From the NCBI RefSeq assembly GCF_008831285.2, contig NC_045138.2:22816001-22880000 (forward strand): a stretch of DNA of 64,000 bases, given 5' to 3'. Source of the DNA: Nymphaea colorata (Eukaryota). A program made the translations under genes and the position numbers. The notes beneath the pieces are model-generated. The model was not told the origin of the DNA, searched no databases, and saw only the letters and a list, made by a program, of their open reading frames with translations. The first letter of the stretch is position 1, and each line of letters opens with the position of its first letter. Below are positions 24,601 through 38,409 of this stretch, one piece after another.

Positions 24601-27600
24601 CGAATCGTCTCGCTTTCCAAGAAGGCAGAGGGCAGAAAAGAGAAAGGTGGGTACCAACCCACAGTATGAAAATGTCTGAAATACCCTCATTCCGTAACCA
24701 AATCCTCCGAAGAGGGTAGGAAAGGAAAAGGCGGCTACTAACCCATTGGATCCAAAGAGTTCATTATGCTCCGAATAGCCGCCTTTCTTCTCCAAATAAT
24801 TGGTAGTATTGATATCACTCTTATCATTCGTCATTTTGGTGACTTATTATTCAAAATGATACTTTTACTTAAAATAATTTAAATATTTATTACTATTTAA
24901 ATTTAAATATTTTATTGTTATTTTAATAGAAAGGTAATAAGAAAGTGAATATATATATATATATATATGTTTATTATATCTATTATCGATGTTTAACAAG
25001 GCAATGACTTGGGCAGAAGACAACCTAAGTGTACACATGTTCTCTGCTCTCTTTTTACTAGCAAACTGCTGAAAGTGAACACAAGTGCAAGTTTATAACA
25101 AGACAAAAGGCGCTTTAAAACCATCATATATTGATATATCTTTTATAATTTACAAAAGGACAAACTCTAGTTTTGAACAATGCACAACAAAAAAAAAAAC
25201 ATGTAAATAGTTGACAATCTCAACAAACTTATAAACATGTAACTAGTTGACGATCATAGCAAACTCAGGAAGTCTGAGCTTGTGATCCAATAAGTGGCGG
25301 AGTGACATTATAGTTGATGTAGGCGCCACAAAATTTACTTCATTTATACATAAAAACTTCAATGAATATGAGTGTTCCTTAAAGTTTAAAATTTAAACTT
25401 AGAGCGCTTTATAACCAAAAAAACAGCGCTTTATAACCAAAAAAATTTTGACTCCACCAGTGGATACAATGAATAAGCATCCCAGATCGACTAATTTGCT
25501 GGGAGATGAAAGCCTACTAAAAAAAGGAACCACCAAAAAAAAGAAAGGAGCTGACACTGGTGGTGGGTTGGCTATTGGAGTGGTCAACTCTGTAATTTAT
25601 GCGTTGAGTAGCGGACAAAGTGGTCAAAACGTGGACCTCGCGATGGACGGCGTCATTGCAGCTTGTTGCCGGAGAGAGTGGTTGGTGGTTGACAAGGCGC
25701 CGTAATTTGCTCGATGACAAAAAAGTCGATAATGCCCTCAGTCAGTGTCCCGTATGACTTTCATGTTCCAACAGGTTCCGACAAAACCGGCAAGTCCGAC
25801 CGCCATCATCATCAACTTAGATGATGAGCACACAAAGTTTTTGTTGGCTGATATTAAGAATGTTGTTAAATAGATCGCATCATAATCTAAATTAACTACA
25901 ATTTATCCTTCAAACAATATGCTCCATGTGTCATCCAACTTGAAGAGTACGTTATTCTTTTATGAATCTGCTTCAAAAAAATGTGGCAAGTTCAAGAAAT
26001 ACTTATTATAACATTTTTGTTCTAATGTTTGGGGGTATATTCATGAGACACTCATGTTATTGTTCAAGTTCATCAAGAGTTAAAACAATTTCTTATGAAA
26101 TTTATACATAAGGGTCCCATAAGTCTCATTCACTTATGTATATACACACACAAAACTTGTCCTATTAAAATTAATTACTCAAATAAATTTTTTTCTACAA
26201 TCTGACCTTACAGATATAATCTTAAGAGTGATGAGTGATTTGGCGAGAAGTATATGTTGAGTTAATCATTTCTTACTTTTACAATGTCTTAAATACTTGA
26301 AAAAATGAACGGTTCTTTATAATATCAAACTTTGATAGTAGAAATGAACAATTTTTTATAACAAAAAATTGAGCTAAAACCTGATTTATATAAAATTAAT
26401 GTCTATAAACACCAAAATTTTTACATTTTGTTTAAAACATTTTTTAACACAAATTTAAGAGGTTTGGTTTTTGTCACTTCTCCAAGCGGTTTGGTAATTA
26501 CAATTATTCTATAATATATATATATATATATATATAACACCCACCCACCCACCTATACACTGACGCATTTATATAATCACAACAATCCATGTTCTATATA
26601 TGTGTATATATATATATATATATAATCGCAACAATCCATGCTCTAAAAATATTCAAATGTGTGGATTTCTCCATTCAAGTTTGGACGGTCATAACTTTCC
26701 CACGTCACACCACTCAATACATTGCATCAGACATTGTCTTTAATCACACCCTCCCTATCTATTCTCTGCTATTTGTAGTAGAGTAAAATGAATGAGTCTC
26801 AACTAAAGTATAGTGCTTGCCAACTTCAAGTCCCAGACATTAGAGCCCACAAAAATCAGACTGGCTATGCGACTTTCACATGCACAACTGCCTAACCTGC
26901 TACACTAACGTCACTAGGGTTAAAGATTCCATTAATTCCAGTGCAGTGTCAAACTTGCAGACTCTTGTGAGGCTGCGCACGCCTGAACTGTGCGGCCCAT
27001 GACTGGTCAAAAAATGTCGAGAAAATTTACTATCAGCGGTTAAAAACATAACCTCACGAGGGGATCAACTTCTGCCACTAACTATTTAGATGGCAGCAAG
27101 CTACCAACGTCTTGGTATTGCTTAAAACTGAGGAAAAACAGAAGGAAGAAGATCAGGAAAGCCACAAACGAGATGACGCCGGCGATCATGGCCAGAGATA
27201 GAGAAGGAGAGACGTACGAGGGGGAGAACCCGTCGAAAAGATACTTTCTGCTTTCTTTTTTTACTTTCAATTAAAATACGAGAGAGAGAGATTGTAGCCA
27301 TCTTCGGTCTCCATGCACATGGGGCTGGCGAAGGCGAATCTTTGAGAGTGGAAGGGCCAACCGTGGCCCACGCCAGCATAGAATTTTTGTCCTCTTTCTC
27401 TCTCTCTCACAAGTGTTAGGTTATGGGAGCTCCCGCTTCTATAAAGTTGCGCAGACTCCGTCACATCATTGGATGGAAACACACGAAAAGTTAAAGAACA
27501 TATGCTGGATTTCATATGAATTATAATACAAATTTTTCCAGCTTGCACGTCAATATTTTCAAATATACTTGTTTAAGTAGTGACCGCCGTAAGGTTGATT

Positions 27601-27787
27601 ATGGTTCAACACAAGTCATACGAGCATCCATTGGATACTTGTTCGTCATTTTAAGGATCATCCAACCCTAATAACCTTTATTTTTTTTTGATTCGGTCTT
27701 CCTACATGAGCCTTCCAATCTATGGATAAGCTATGTTTAAATACAAAGATTATGAGGACAACAAATGTAACTTAACATTTTAAATAT

Positions 27788-29278
27788 TTGATATTGAAGA
27801 AAAGGAGAAAAGAAGCACACAAAAAAATTTTAACGTGGTCCAACTCTAAGAATCAAGATCCAAGAAGGTGTTGTATATCTCACATTATGTCTCCATGTTT
27901 AATACTTTGACAACCATCTATCAGTTTGGCAGTTTCCTTATTTTGTGGAGACTGCCCTTTTACAAAATTTATCTCCTGTAATTGATGAAGTACACAAATT
28001 CTCTTTGATATCATTATTTTCTTGCTTGGCAAGATGGTCACATGAATCCTCAATGCAACTTTCTCAACACCATTCTCTTTTTCAATAGTAGCTAAACTCG
28101 CCAGCTAGCATTGATCCTTATTATCCCCCCTCGAATTGAACATGTGAGGTGCAACACTGAGCTTGACCCAAAGAGCTTCAAGTACAGCAAATTGAACATG
28201 AGCAACAAATAAGCGATTATGCTGAATGTGGTCTCTGATAAAACGAATATCCACTTCAATATGCGTAGTATGTTGATAGAAAACCGGATTAGCACAGACT
28301 AAAGTCTCTTTCTTTGTACCCCTTGGCCACAAGCCTAGATTTATACCTATCAATGTTGTTGTCGGCCTTTCTTTTAATGAGAGCTTGATACTCAACATTC
28401 ATAGTTCTTTGCCCATGTGAAATCTTAGAGGCAGTGGTGTTGGTGGATGAGGCAAGCGAGACGATGGTGAAAAGGAAGGGGGTGCTGGATCTGTGGTTGT
28501 GTCGAGGGAGGAAGCAATAATAGGTGAGGTTGTAGGTGATTGTATAGTGGAAAAGAGATATAAATAAGATCCAGATTGGGTGATGTAGGCAGACTAGGAG
28601 AAGATTGGTGGGGTTGAAAGAGAAAACTGTCTTCATCAAACACAACATTGCAATGCATACATATTTTAGATTGGGTTAGATCATGACAAAGATATTCTTT
28701 GTGCTTAGAAATATAACCCAAAAAAAGTGCATTTTGTACTACAAAACTAAAGTTTATGGGCATTATAGGGAAATAAATGTGGTTAGCAAGCACAACCAAA
28801 GGTTTTAAGCAACTTGTAGTCAGGGTCATGACTGAAAAAAAGTTGATATGGGCTTTTTATGTTGATGACAAGAGAGGGTAGTCTATGTCCAAATATTTAT
28901 ATAGAGCAAAGAATATTGGTGTTGGCATCCAAACTCGTCGAATAAAGAAAAATATACATGAAACACAAAGAAAAAAAGTGGTTCAACTCTAAATAGAGTC
29001 TACATCTATGGAGGTGTTCTCTTTCACGTTTTATATATTACATTCCCATGTTTAATATTTGTTACAATCATCTATCATCTCGACAGATTCTTTTTTTTTA
29101 TGGAGGCTATTCTTTACACAATTTATCTCTTTTAATTGAGGGGTCACATGGATTCTCTTTGATATTGTTATATTCTTACTTGACAAGAAGACCTCATGAA
29201 TCCTCAATGCCAGCTTTCTTAATGTCATCCTCTATTTGAATAGTAACTGAACTCGTCAGCTTATATTGATCCTTATCA
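27788..29278 (-). mobile_element. Internally deleted Ty1/Copia LTR retrotransposon
   Basis: Two diverged ~340-bp LTRs (~27788-28123 and ~28936-29278), both ending ATTGATCCTTAT(T/C)A. PPT GAGGGGGGA at ~28124-28132 (-). Internal fragments FLGY..YLCHD..NVVFDEDSF (post-integrase), RKADNNIDRYKSRLVAKGY (RT), ANPVFYQHTTHIEVDIRFIRD (RNase H). Possible AATAT TSD. Confidence 0.85.
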
Positions 29279-29449
29279 AATATAATATAAGATATCTCAT
29301 AAAGAAAAAAAGAAGAAAAAAAAACCCATGACTTCTCAAAGCAAAAAAACAAAAACCATGAGAGAAAACATCAATTAACAGCCGTCAATATCAAACAGTG
29401 GTTCATCTATAACAATTGATAAATAGAATTCATCTTTATTAGTACCATA

Positions 29450-32300
29450 ACATTAAGGAGTGGTAGAGGTTCTTTGCTGATATAGTGATTTGTCCCCAGA
29501 CCATGCTAGACAGTTTTTTTCTTCTTTTGTTTTTATTTTTCCTTTGTGGTGTTAGAGCATTGATCCTTCTGCTTTGCTTAGGTCTTCCCTAATAGCTAAG
29601 TCTCAGAACTCTACACAAAATGCTTCTACCTAGCTTTATCCATGTAATTTAGGTGTGGTCAACTTTTCCTAGAATTGCATCAAACCTTCATTTCATCTTA
29701 TTTTGCAAGTCTTTCCTTTATATTAATCTATCCAACTTCATGATCATGTACATTGTATCTCTCAATTTGGTAAATTACCAAACTTTGCCTAACTCAATTC
29801 ATGCATTTTACAATATATAATCAGCCTCCTTTATACTTAGCTTGACAATTCTTTAGTTTCAACACCCATATCACATCTTTCTTCTCATTTTTATTTTTTC
29901 TTTGACTTTGTTGGGTCTTCATTTGTCCCAAGTTGATCACCAACCTTTGATTTATTTCAGAGTATTTTATTCTTTTTAACCATTTGACACATGATTTTCA
30001 ACACCTTCATTCACCCAAATTGATTTATTGCTATGAAAACCATTATCTACCAATCATATTTCTATAACAAGTTTCTTTCTTCATGAATTGCACAAACCCT
30101 ATCGCAACTTCTTGTCATTAAAAACAAATCCAAAGAATTTTTTGTACCTAAGTTCATGAACTTAACATTATCTTGTATTTCCATCAGCAAAAAACATCAC
30201 AATCTGTCTTGACATAATCTTATCTGTTTCCTTGCACCAAGGCAATTTTCATTATTTTTTTTTCACACCAATGCCTACCTAGTACATCAATCATCTATCT
30301 TTTACGCAGTACATTGGGTCATTTGTTTTTATTTTGAATATTTTGATGCATTTTCAAAAACTACTTTCTTCTGAAATGTTTTTCCACAGGAATTGTCCAA
30401 ACAATCTTTAAATCATTGCTGTCCATCTAAAAATGTTGCATAACCAAATTAAAGCAACTCAGCTGCTAACTTGAGGATTTGATCAAGAGCAACTAGGCTC
30501 AGGGTAATCTAAAGCTAGCTCAGCCACACTAAGCAAAGGAATCTTGTGGAGCAAGCACAACTTTGCCATTTGGCCAATGACTTTTCAAGTCAAACCCAAC
30601 TGTTAGGTTGGGAATTTTGATAATCAAGTTCAAAATCCAGCTTTTGGTGAAAACAAAAACTTTAATGTAAGGAACTTAAGGTGATAGGGAGTTTTTTTAT
30701 TACAACCAATATATGAACAATAGGGTCTCGCTTCATGCTTCTACAAAGATACTAGTGTTAATGAAGGTTCTTTCCAAGCAATGTCACTTGTTTTTCCAAC
30801 AACTTACTTAGGAAAAAGGTTAAACCTGAAATTATGGACAAAAGAGCAATCCATGCATGTAAAGAGTGAAACTTGCAATGCAAACTGAAGCAACCCATTT
30901 AGATAAGAGGCTAAACTTGAACTCAATTTTGGCAAACTCGTGCAAGTAATGAGTTTAAACCTGCAACATAAGTCCAAACAACTCATTCAAATAAGGGGGT
31001 TAAGCCTGAAATACAATTCCTACGTTTTAATTTTTTAAAGTAAAATTTTGGTTGATCAAAATTGGTGGTGCTTATCTTTGCCACCAAGCACGACATACAT
31101 CGGCTTAGCAGCAAAAAAGGGCATATGTAATCACTCCAAAATTTTCAAAAATTTGTACTCAATAATTTTTTGAACATTTTATGATAAATTTGAAACGAAT
31201 TTCAGATTTTCAGCTTCAAACACTTAATTTCTCATAATTCCGATCAATTTCTTCTTTGATTTGATTATTAACTCTATTCGAGACTTATTTGGATATAATT
31301 TTAGACTTTGGAAACAAATTTCCTTTTACATTTGATTTTTAGTGACTCTTCCAAGAGCTCAAATGATTTTAAAAGTATTTCTTCGAACAATTTATTTTTA
31401 ATATTATTTCTACATTTCAGTCTCAATTTTCTAAAATTGATATCATTTGGGGTTCATCAAAATACCCCCCGGGCTATAGTTCTTCCTTGAGGGCACAATA
31501 TTTTAAGCCAAATATCATTTAAATGTTATGGTTTGGGAGTTATCTGCTCTTGCTGCCTCTGACGGACTATTGCAGTATCTAACACATGATCTAATTTCGT
31601 TAAAATCCTTCTTAATCTTATGAAAATTTTGTTTAATTTGAACACCCATGCATGTAGAATTTAGGATAACACCTTAAAATATTGGAATATGCAAAGCAAA
31701 AGATTAGTTCTTCGTTGGGTTATACCTAATAAAGGCGTTGGGAATGGCAGGACCTCGTACCAACAGGGGAGCCACTTTTTTTCTCTTTTTAAAATAAAAA
31801 TTACATTTTTTTGAAGCACTCTAAAAACCAAAATCAATTTTGAGATGCAAACATAGCCGTAAAACCGTTCAGCCACCCTAAAGATGAAATCCTGGCTTCA
31901 CCCCCAGATACATCGCCCTCTTGCACATACTAATCATACTTCTTTTTCAGAGTCTCCTCTACATTCATTGAACTGCTTCTAGCCTATCTAGAGTATGTAC
32001 TTTCGCATAATTGAATTAATAAAAAATAGCTAGGCGAAAACCTGAAATATACTTGGTAACCTACTACTGATGCTTGGTCTCCATCCACGGTTTTGACTCA
32101 CAATGAAATTTCATAGTATGTTCTATTGTAGATCTTGAGTCCAAATGAAGACTAACATATTCCTTGTATGTTTTCTCTGTTTGATTTGACGAGACAAAAT
32201 TGGTCTATATCAGTCATTGTCTCTCATCGCAAGCTTACATCGACCATTTTCCTTTTCACTCATACTATTTCTAAAGCTGAGTCACCTAGTATATGCTAAT
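29450..32300 (-). mobile_element. Decayed Mutator-like (MuDR) transposase fragments
   Basis: Weak - strand motifs: F..VKSNRE.I.G.C and H.QAS (~32050-32230), C..CKFH.LHAW (~30850), PNSWV (~30590), LVALD..FGYA (~30450), GRPKQSRR (~29575), knuckle-like HGLG..KEPLP (~29480). AT-rich MULE-like end at ~32960-33050. Confidence 0.35.
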
Positions 32301-35300
32301 CCTCTTAATCTGGTTGATTGTAAAGGAGCCTTGATGTTGCATGTCAAACCTGCTCAGGTGGTGGCAATCTAGTGCTCGTGAGGGATCTAGACAAAGGGTT
32401 TCCGTTGCTGAGGCCCTTGAAGAACTGAGGGTTGAGGAATACTGGCTGGATATGGTTAGTTTTAGGTTGAAACTTTATTGTGGGTTGGATCTTGGTTTGA
32501 ATGTGGGTTTGAGTGTAGTTATCGTATGGGTTTGAATTAAGATCCAGGTTTGGGTTTAGACATAGGCATAGGCTCGGGTTTGAGTATGGGTTCAGAGTTT
32601 GATATAGAGATTGATTGTCTAGGTTTTATTGTGGATCTTGGGTTGAACTCAAAGGGAACTCCATTGGTTTTGTTCCTAAACTATCAATCAGACTTCAAAT
32701 CGACTTTTGTGAGTAAAAGGCTCAGAATGAACTCAACCTAGGGCCCACAATGTTGGCTGCAATATCAAAAAAGAAACTTCAGATCCATTCGGGGTTCAGA
32801 ATGGGGTCTTGGTGGATTTCAAGCCAAGGGATGCGACTGGAGAATAGTTTGCATATTTGGTTAGTATGTTCTTGCATGGGCTCCAATAGGATTGAATGAG
32901 GTAGGGTGGTTCGGATATAGATCCGTAGCCCTCAAATGCATCTTCTTGACATTTTTTTCTATTTAGGATGGTGATTTGAAAAAATTTGAAACATGAGCAG
33001 GTATTTGTAATTTAGATAAAACTCAAGTATGTTTTAAAGTTTTTAACCCTCTAGCACCTCTCCTCTCTAAGTTCCATGAAAATAACAAATTTACTTATGA
33101 AGCTGGTAATAACTTAACAAACTAAATGAATCCATAGATCAGGCCAACATTCAAGCTGCGATGTTCAAAGTTGCAAGGGAAAGAAAACGTTACTGGACAT
33201 TAGCCTCTTGAAATGACCGGTTGAGACGCAGCATGAAACCTACCTTATCAATTCAATGCTGGGGCCAATTCTTTATTGAAACCATATGCCCATTCAAAAC
33301 TTTTGAGCCCAACATAAGGAGAGCCACACAAGCAGAACAAAACATCCAATTAATAGTTTAGATGGGTGTAGTATAACTGGTTGAATTGATTGACAGATGA
33401 AAGTGTGATTGTTAATTCGATTGCCGTTAGTGATATTGCAAGTGGTGGATGCGCGACACTTTAGTTGACAGATATTCTGCTTTCTATCCAAATCTCAAAA
33501 AAATCTTAGACCTTGAGAATAAAGGAAAAAGAAAAAAGAAAACAGACTTGAACCAAGTATCACTACAAATGTCAACATTTAATTTTAGTTTTACTTTTCA
33601 TGTTCACAAAAAGAAAAGAAAAAGGTCCTACACCTCTCTCCCTCATGTGAAAACTAAAAAAAACACATACATACAACAAAAGGCGTTCTCTCATACTCTC
33701 ACCATGCATGCAGGATATATCAAAGTACCCCTCAAACGTAAAAACTACCACCACCCCTCTCTCTCTCTCTCTCTCTCTCTCTAAAAGATATTATTTTCCT
33801 TTCAACTCCAAGTTGCTCTCTACCTACCCACAACTTTGAAAGATCCGCCACTTTATCTTTCACAGAAGGATGGAGGACCATCCCCACAGGATCTGCATGC
33901 CCGAAATCTTCACTTTTCCGTAGATCACACAGAAAGCGGGCGGTACTGCTTGCCCTTTCACACTTTTCAAACCCCCCCTTTCAAAATTTTAACAAAGACC
34001 TAAATGTAGTTTTTTATATATTTTTATAAAAATTAATTAAAATTAAAAAATAAAAGAGATCAATACAAAAATTAAAAAAACAAACTAGGTTCCGTGTGGG
34101 CAACTGCTCACACACGTAGCCCACACCTTCACTCGATAGATAGATAAATCGAAGGCACAAAAGTAAAACTTTGTAGAATTACCTCACGCAGTGGCTCCCA
34201 TCATTTTCACTTTGTCGCCCACACTCACGTGGCTTGTCTACCATGTCTCCCACCGAATCCAGCCAATCTCATCATAATGCCTCTCCAGCCCAACGGTAAA
34301 TTTTCACTGCGCTCGTAATTAAACTCCACTGACATCTAAACGCTGCCACTTTATCAGTGCTTACCGACGCGTCGCCGAAAAAACAATTCATAAATCGATA
34401 ACTTTTCATCCTTTTTAATTAATTGCACAACATCATCGGAAAGCACGCCGAGATCTTCAAGGTTCGTTTCGAATCAAGCTAAACTGTACCAAATTCTTGG
34501 GTTTCACCAACGTTTTTCTTAACGTCCATATATTTAATAGCCAATGGTTGCCCTCACCATTTTTGCAGCATGAGTAATTTTATGAAATACCATTCAATTT
34601 AAATGTTGTGCATGTCACTATTTTTATTTCACAAATAATTACAAGAATCAAATATGTCTAAAACGCACCAATCAGCCCGCCCAACCAACAATTTGCACAC
34701 CCCTATTCACTATACGTCGACAATTTATGCAGCTCATGAGTTTAATTAAGCGCTCTTCAAAAGGGGGGATTTGAAAGATAAGTATGGATAGAGCCCGCTA
34801 TAAAGGTGTAAAAAAGAAAGAGGCATATGATCCAGCAGCATTGGGAGAGCCAAACAGAAGAAAGGGAAGGCACGTTGGCCCCTAACTTTTTAAAAGCTAT
34901 GCTGAAAGCGGAGATTTATGTAAAATATTAGCGCCACTTTTCAATTAAGAATTTAATTATATATTAGTGCTCCTGTGACCAACTTGTCTGCACCCCTCAT
35001 GTCATCGACAGCGATTGAAGGCGCGAAGAAAAAACCTAAACGGTGGTAGGCACGCAGGCCAGATATTGATCACAATGGTGGAAAAGGAAAGGCTAGAGAG
35101 GCTTTAGAACGTAATCTTGTTTTCTTTTTCTTTTTTTTCATTTTAAGGTCTGGAGATAACTGGGGCTTTGACAGAAATAGCGTACTGCATAATGCATTCT
35201 GAAATCATCTGTGCATGTGATCGTGATGTGTATATCTCTTTGTATTTATCAGAAGATTACGACGGTGAAAGATATCTCATGACTCTTGTGTTCGGTGGGA

Positions 35301-35716
35301 CAAGCAGTGGCAGAGTCACAGGTGCTTTGATGCGGGCAAATGCCCACACCATCTCCCACAAAATACCTTTATTTTTATATTGATGTCTTCGAATATTTTT
35401 GACTATTTATATTTATTGATGCCCCTCTAATTATGAAAGTTTTGAATTAGTGCTCTTCCAGGAAAAAATTTGTACATCCTCTACTGGGAACAATGTTTGC
35501 ACTGTGGAAAAACCTTCTACTTCTACAATCCCAATCGCTCGAGGACACTAGAGTTTTCAGTTGCCGCTTCTCTCTCTTTTTATTCATCTCAAGTTTCGTA
35601 TATCTATCTTCTGCAACCACCTCTTACGAGAGAAAGTTGTGTCCACCGTGCAAATGGTATGCAGTAAACGAGAGATTTATTAAAAAGAAATGTCTTCCAT
35701 AGTTTTTTTTCACCTC

Positions 35717-36137
35717 TTACTGGTCAGTTGCATGCGGTTTCGCAACTTGTTGTGAGTTGCTTTGCAGGTTCGGACCTTGCCCATCGTGGGCAGATCCAGA
35801 TGTACAAGATCCAACAGCCTTACTCCCTATCCTGTGCTCAAACACTTCTTTGAAAGCTCTTGACATGAAGATGGACGTATAATTGGCTCCTCCACTGGTC
35901 TTTATTAAGTAGACAGCTTCAATTACATGAGAAGAACCAGTACAGATTTCACGGCAACCCATCACTACCATCCATGGATAAGCCGCCTCGAACAAGCGTT
36001 TCTTGAAGGAATTTCTGGCTGAAAATGGTCTGTTCTGGTTTGGCACCAACTGTTAACTTCTTTGAGAACAAATATTGGCTTTCTTCTCTAACTCTGCCAA
36101 TTTTAGACTTTAGACAGATTAACTTATCATGGTTCAT
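35717..36137 (-). pseudogene. Possible B3-like DNA-binding domain pseudogene
   Basis: YLFSKKLTV followed, after a frameshift, by VPNQNRPF resembles the B3/DUF313 K-L-T-x-S-D-V..Q-N-R-L start. The remainder is split over two frames. Two MITEs lie immediately upstream. Confidence 0.4.
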
Positions 36138-36156
36138 TCAGTAACTCTGGATCTGT

Positions 36157-36338
36157 CTGTGGCGGAGCCAAAAAGTTCTGGCTAAGGGAAATTAATTGTT
36201 TTAAGTTTTAAAATTTAAGAGGAACTTATATACATAAATAAGCAAAAATAAAGAAATATTAATATGCGTATAAATAGGGCAATTTTTGTGAGCTGGTGTG
36301 GCTATGGCTCCTTCAGCTCACACCTGCCTCCTCCACTG
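36157..36338. mobile_element. Harbinger/Tourist-like MITE, CAGTGGCGG family
   Basis: CTGTGGCGGAGCCA ... TGCCTCCTCCACTG inverted ends, 182 bp. Confidence 0.7.
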
Positions 36339-36551
36339 CACCTACAGACCATGGCTGCAGTCTGATCTATATTCCCCATAAGGCCATAAATGTCAAGCAG
36401 CAACCCTTCTAAGATAAGAATTCATTTCTTTTCCAGATATAAAGGAGTTAAAAGGAAATTAACTAGTTGGAATCCCATTGAGGAGTCCATGTCTGCACTT
36501 GGGTTTGCTTCAAAAAATGCACAAACATGAGTTTTTTATGTGAGTGCAAAT

Positions 36552-36729
36552 CAGTGGCGAAGCCAAACATATTTGAATGGCAGGCACTAACACTTTAATT
36601 TGAAACTTTTAAGGAGCAGCCAATAAAGAAATAAATAAAAAACATGAGGTATGAATATGTAAATAAACACTTTATATGAGACTGGTGTGGGCAGTTGCCC
36701 CCACCAGCCCACATGTGTCTCGGCCACTG
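36552..36729. mobile_element. Harbinger/Tourist-like MITE, CAGTGGCGG family
   Basis: CAGTGGCGAAGCCA ... TGTCTCGGCCACTG inverted ends. Internal GGTGTGGGCAGTTGCCCCCACCAGCC. Confidence 0.75.
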
Positions 36730-37760
36730 GACTGCAAATATTCAGGCTAAGATTCAAGACAATCTTGAATTGCTAAATCCTACGGAAAATTTTGCCAGCC
36801 GGGTGGTCGCTTATGCACCAACCCACTCTGATGTGCATATGCTTCTGCCACTAGAGCCGGTCTGGTGTAAGACAGGCTTTATGAGCCCCCAGAATGTTGC
36901 TAACAATCTTTACATTTATTAGAATTTGTGCAGCTACTCCTTGATATTTGTGAAAAATCGATAGTTATGTATTTAGTTCTTCTGTTGGCATTTAATAAAA
37001 GTCCTTGAAACGAAATATGCCTTTAACTGTGTTTAAATTTTTTCTAAACTTAAATCTTTTCTAAACATTATAGGAAAAAAGAGGCAACAGAATGTCAGAG
37101 TTGGGACTTTAACTCTGTTTAAAGTGATCAAAGTTATTTCACATCATTTTAGTTGTTCTACTTGGAAAAGTATTTCTTGTTGGCTCCACATCATGTTTCA
37201 ATTAATCTAAATTTAGAAAAGTTCATGTCAGTTATTTTTAATAGTTTAAAATAATGAGGAAACAGAAAAGAAAAGGTTGGTCATGAATTCCCTACTTTTG
37301 TCTTGTCCCTTGAACTTTTTTGGTGTATGTATATAGGGCCGGCTGATAATAGACCAAAGTATAGTTGTCACAATTGGCGGATTTGAACTGGACTGATAGG
37401 AAAATTGATTTAATTCACTGGCCGATCTAGGGTGCCACATGTCATACACCATTTATCTTTGAATTATTTTTAAATGTTTCTGCAGCTTTTCATAAATTTA
37501 TTTATTTATTTACTTTTGAAAGAATGTAGACAGTAATAATTATGTTTTTTCAACGAAAAAAAACTTTTTCCCTTGGAATATTCTAAAAAAAAACATCAAT
37601 TAATTACAACTTGCAGTAGTGATACTTGTGTCAGCATTCAGATTCATGCATCCGCAAGTTAAGTTGTGCCAAGCACACCATTATCATAGATGGCATGTTG
37701 TTTAACCACCTTAACAAGATGACACAAAGGAATCATTTTATCCATCATCATATCCCTTAG

Positions 37761-37964
37761 GTGATTCAATGAGAGGTCGAAACCCCCTGCCATCCGCCAC
37801 TCATGCGGTCCAGGGTTTTGTCGAAATCTGAGTGCAAAACAGGGCATTCATTAATTAGGGTGCATCACATTCACAGTTTGTAGTCCAAACGAGTAGCGTA
37901 TATGAGAATCGAACTGATCCTAATCTTTTACCGACCTGCCAGTCTGACCAGCTGAGGCATAGAC
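37761..37964 (-). mobile_element. Candidate tRNA-derived SINE with 19-bp target-site duplication
   Basis: 204 bp between exact repeats CCATCATCATATCCCTTAG (37742-37760, 37965-37983). The - strand head has A-box-like TGCCTCAGCTGG and B-box-like GTTCGATTC. Confidence 0.55.
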
Positions 37965-38331
37965 CCATCATCATATCCCTTAGCTTCTTCAAGAATGCAC
38001 CTAAAGTATCGCATGCATGCTTGAAAACCTTACTAAATTATTATCTGAACCTTTTCTTGCAAGGTGGGGGGCCATGGTGCGTATGGCGTTGGCTTGCCAA
38101 TGAAGGGAAAAGAGCTTTCAAATGGTGCCCACTTAATTTGTGTCACAGCAGAGGATGCCCATGCCATGAGCACCATGAAAAGTGGGTGGACCAAACACAA
38201 AGATAAAATCATGTCAGCTGTGGACTCTATGTGGGCACCAGCCTACCCAAGTCCACAGCTCATCTAAGGGCACAAGCCAAGAAAGAGGGTGCCTACTTCT
38301 GTTTCTGTTTCCTCTGGGCTTGAGCAATATA

Positions 38332-38362
<31 letters not shown>

Positions 38363-38409
38363 CATATCATGCTTTCTGAATTCTAACATGTAAAAGATTT
38401 GGAAAAGGA

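Noticed and set aside
25448..25720. GC-rich overlapping ORFs
   Set aside because: No recognisable domain or splice structure; likely TE interior.
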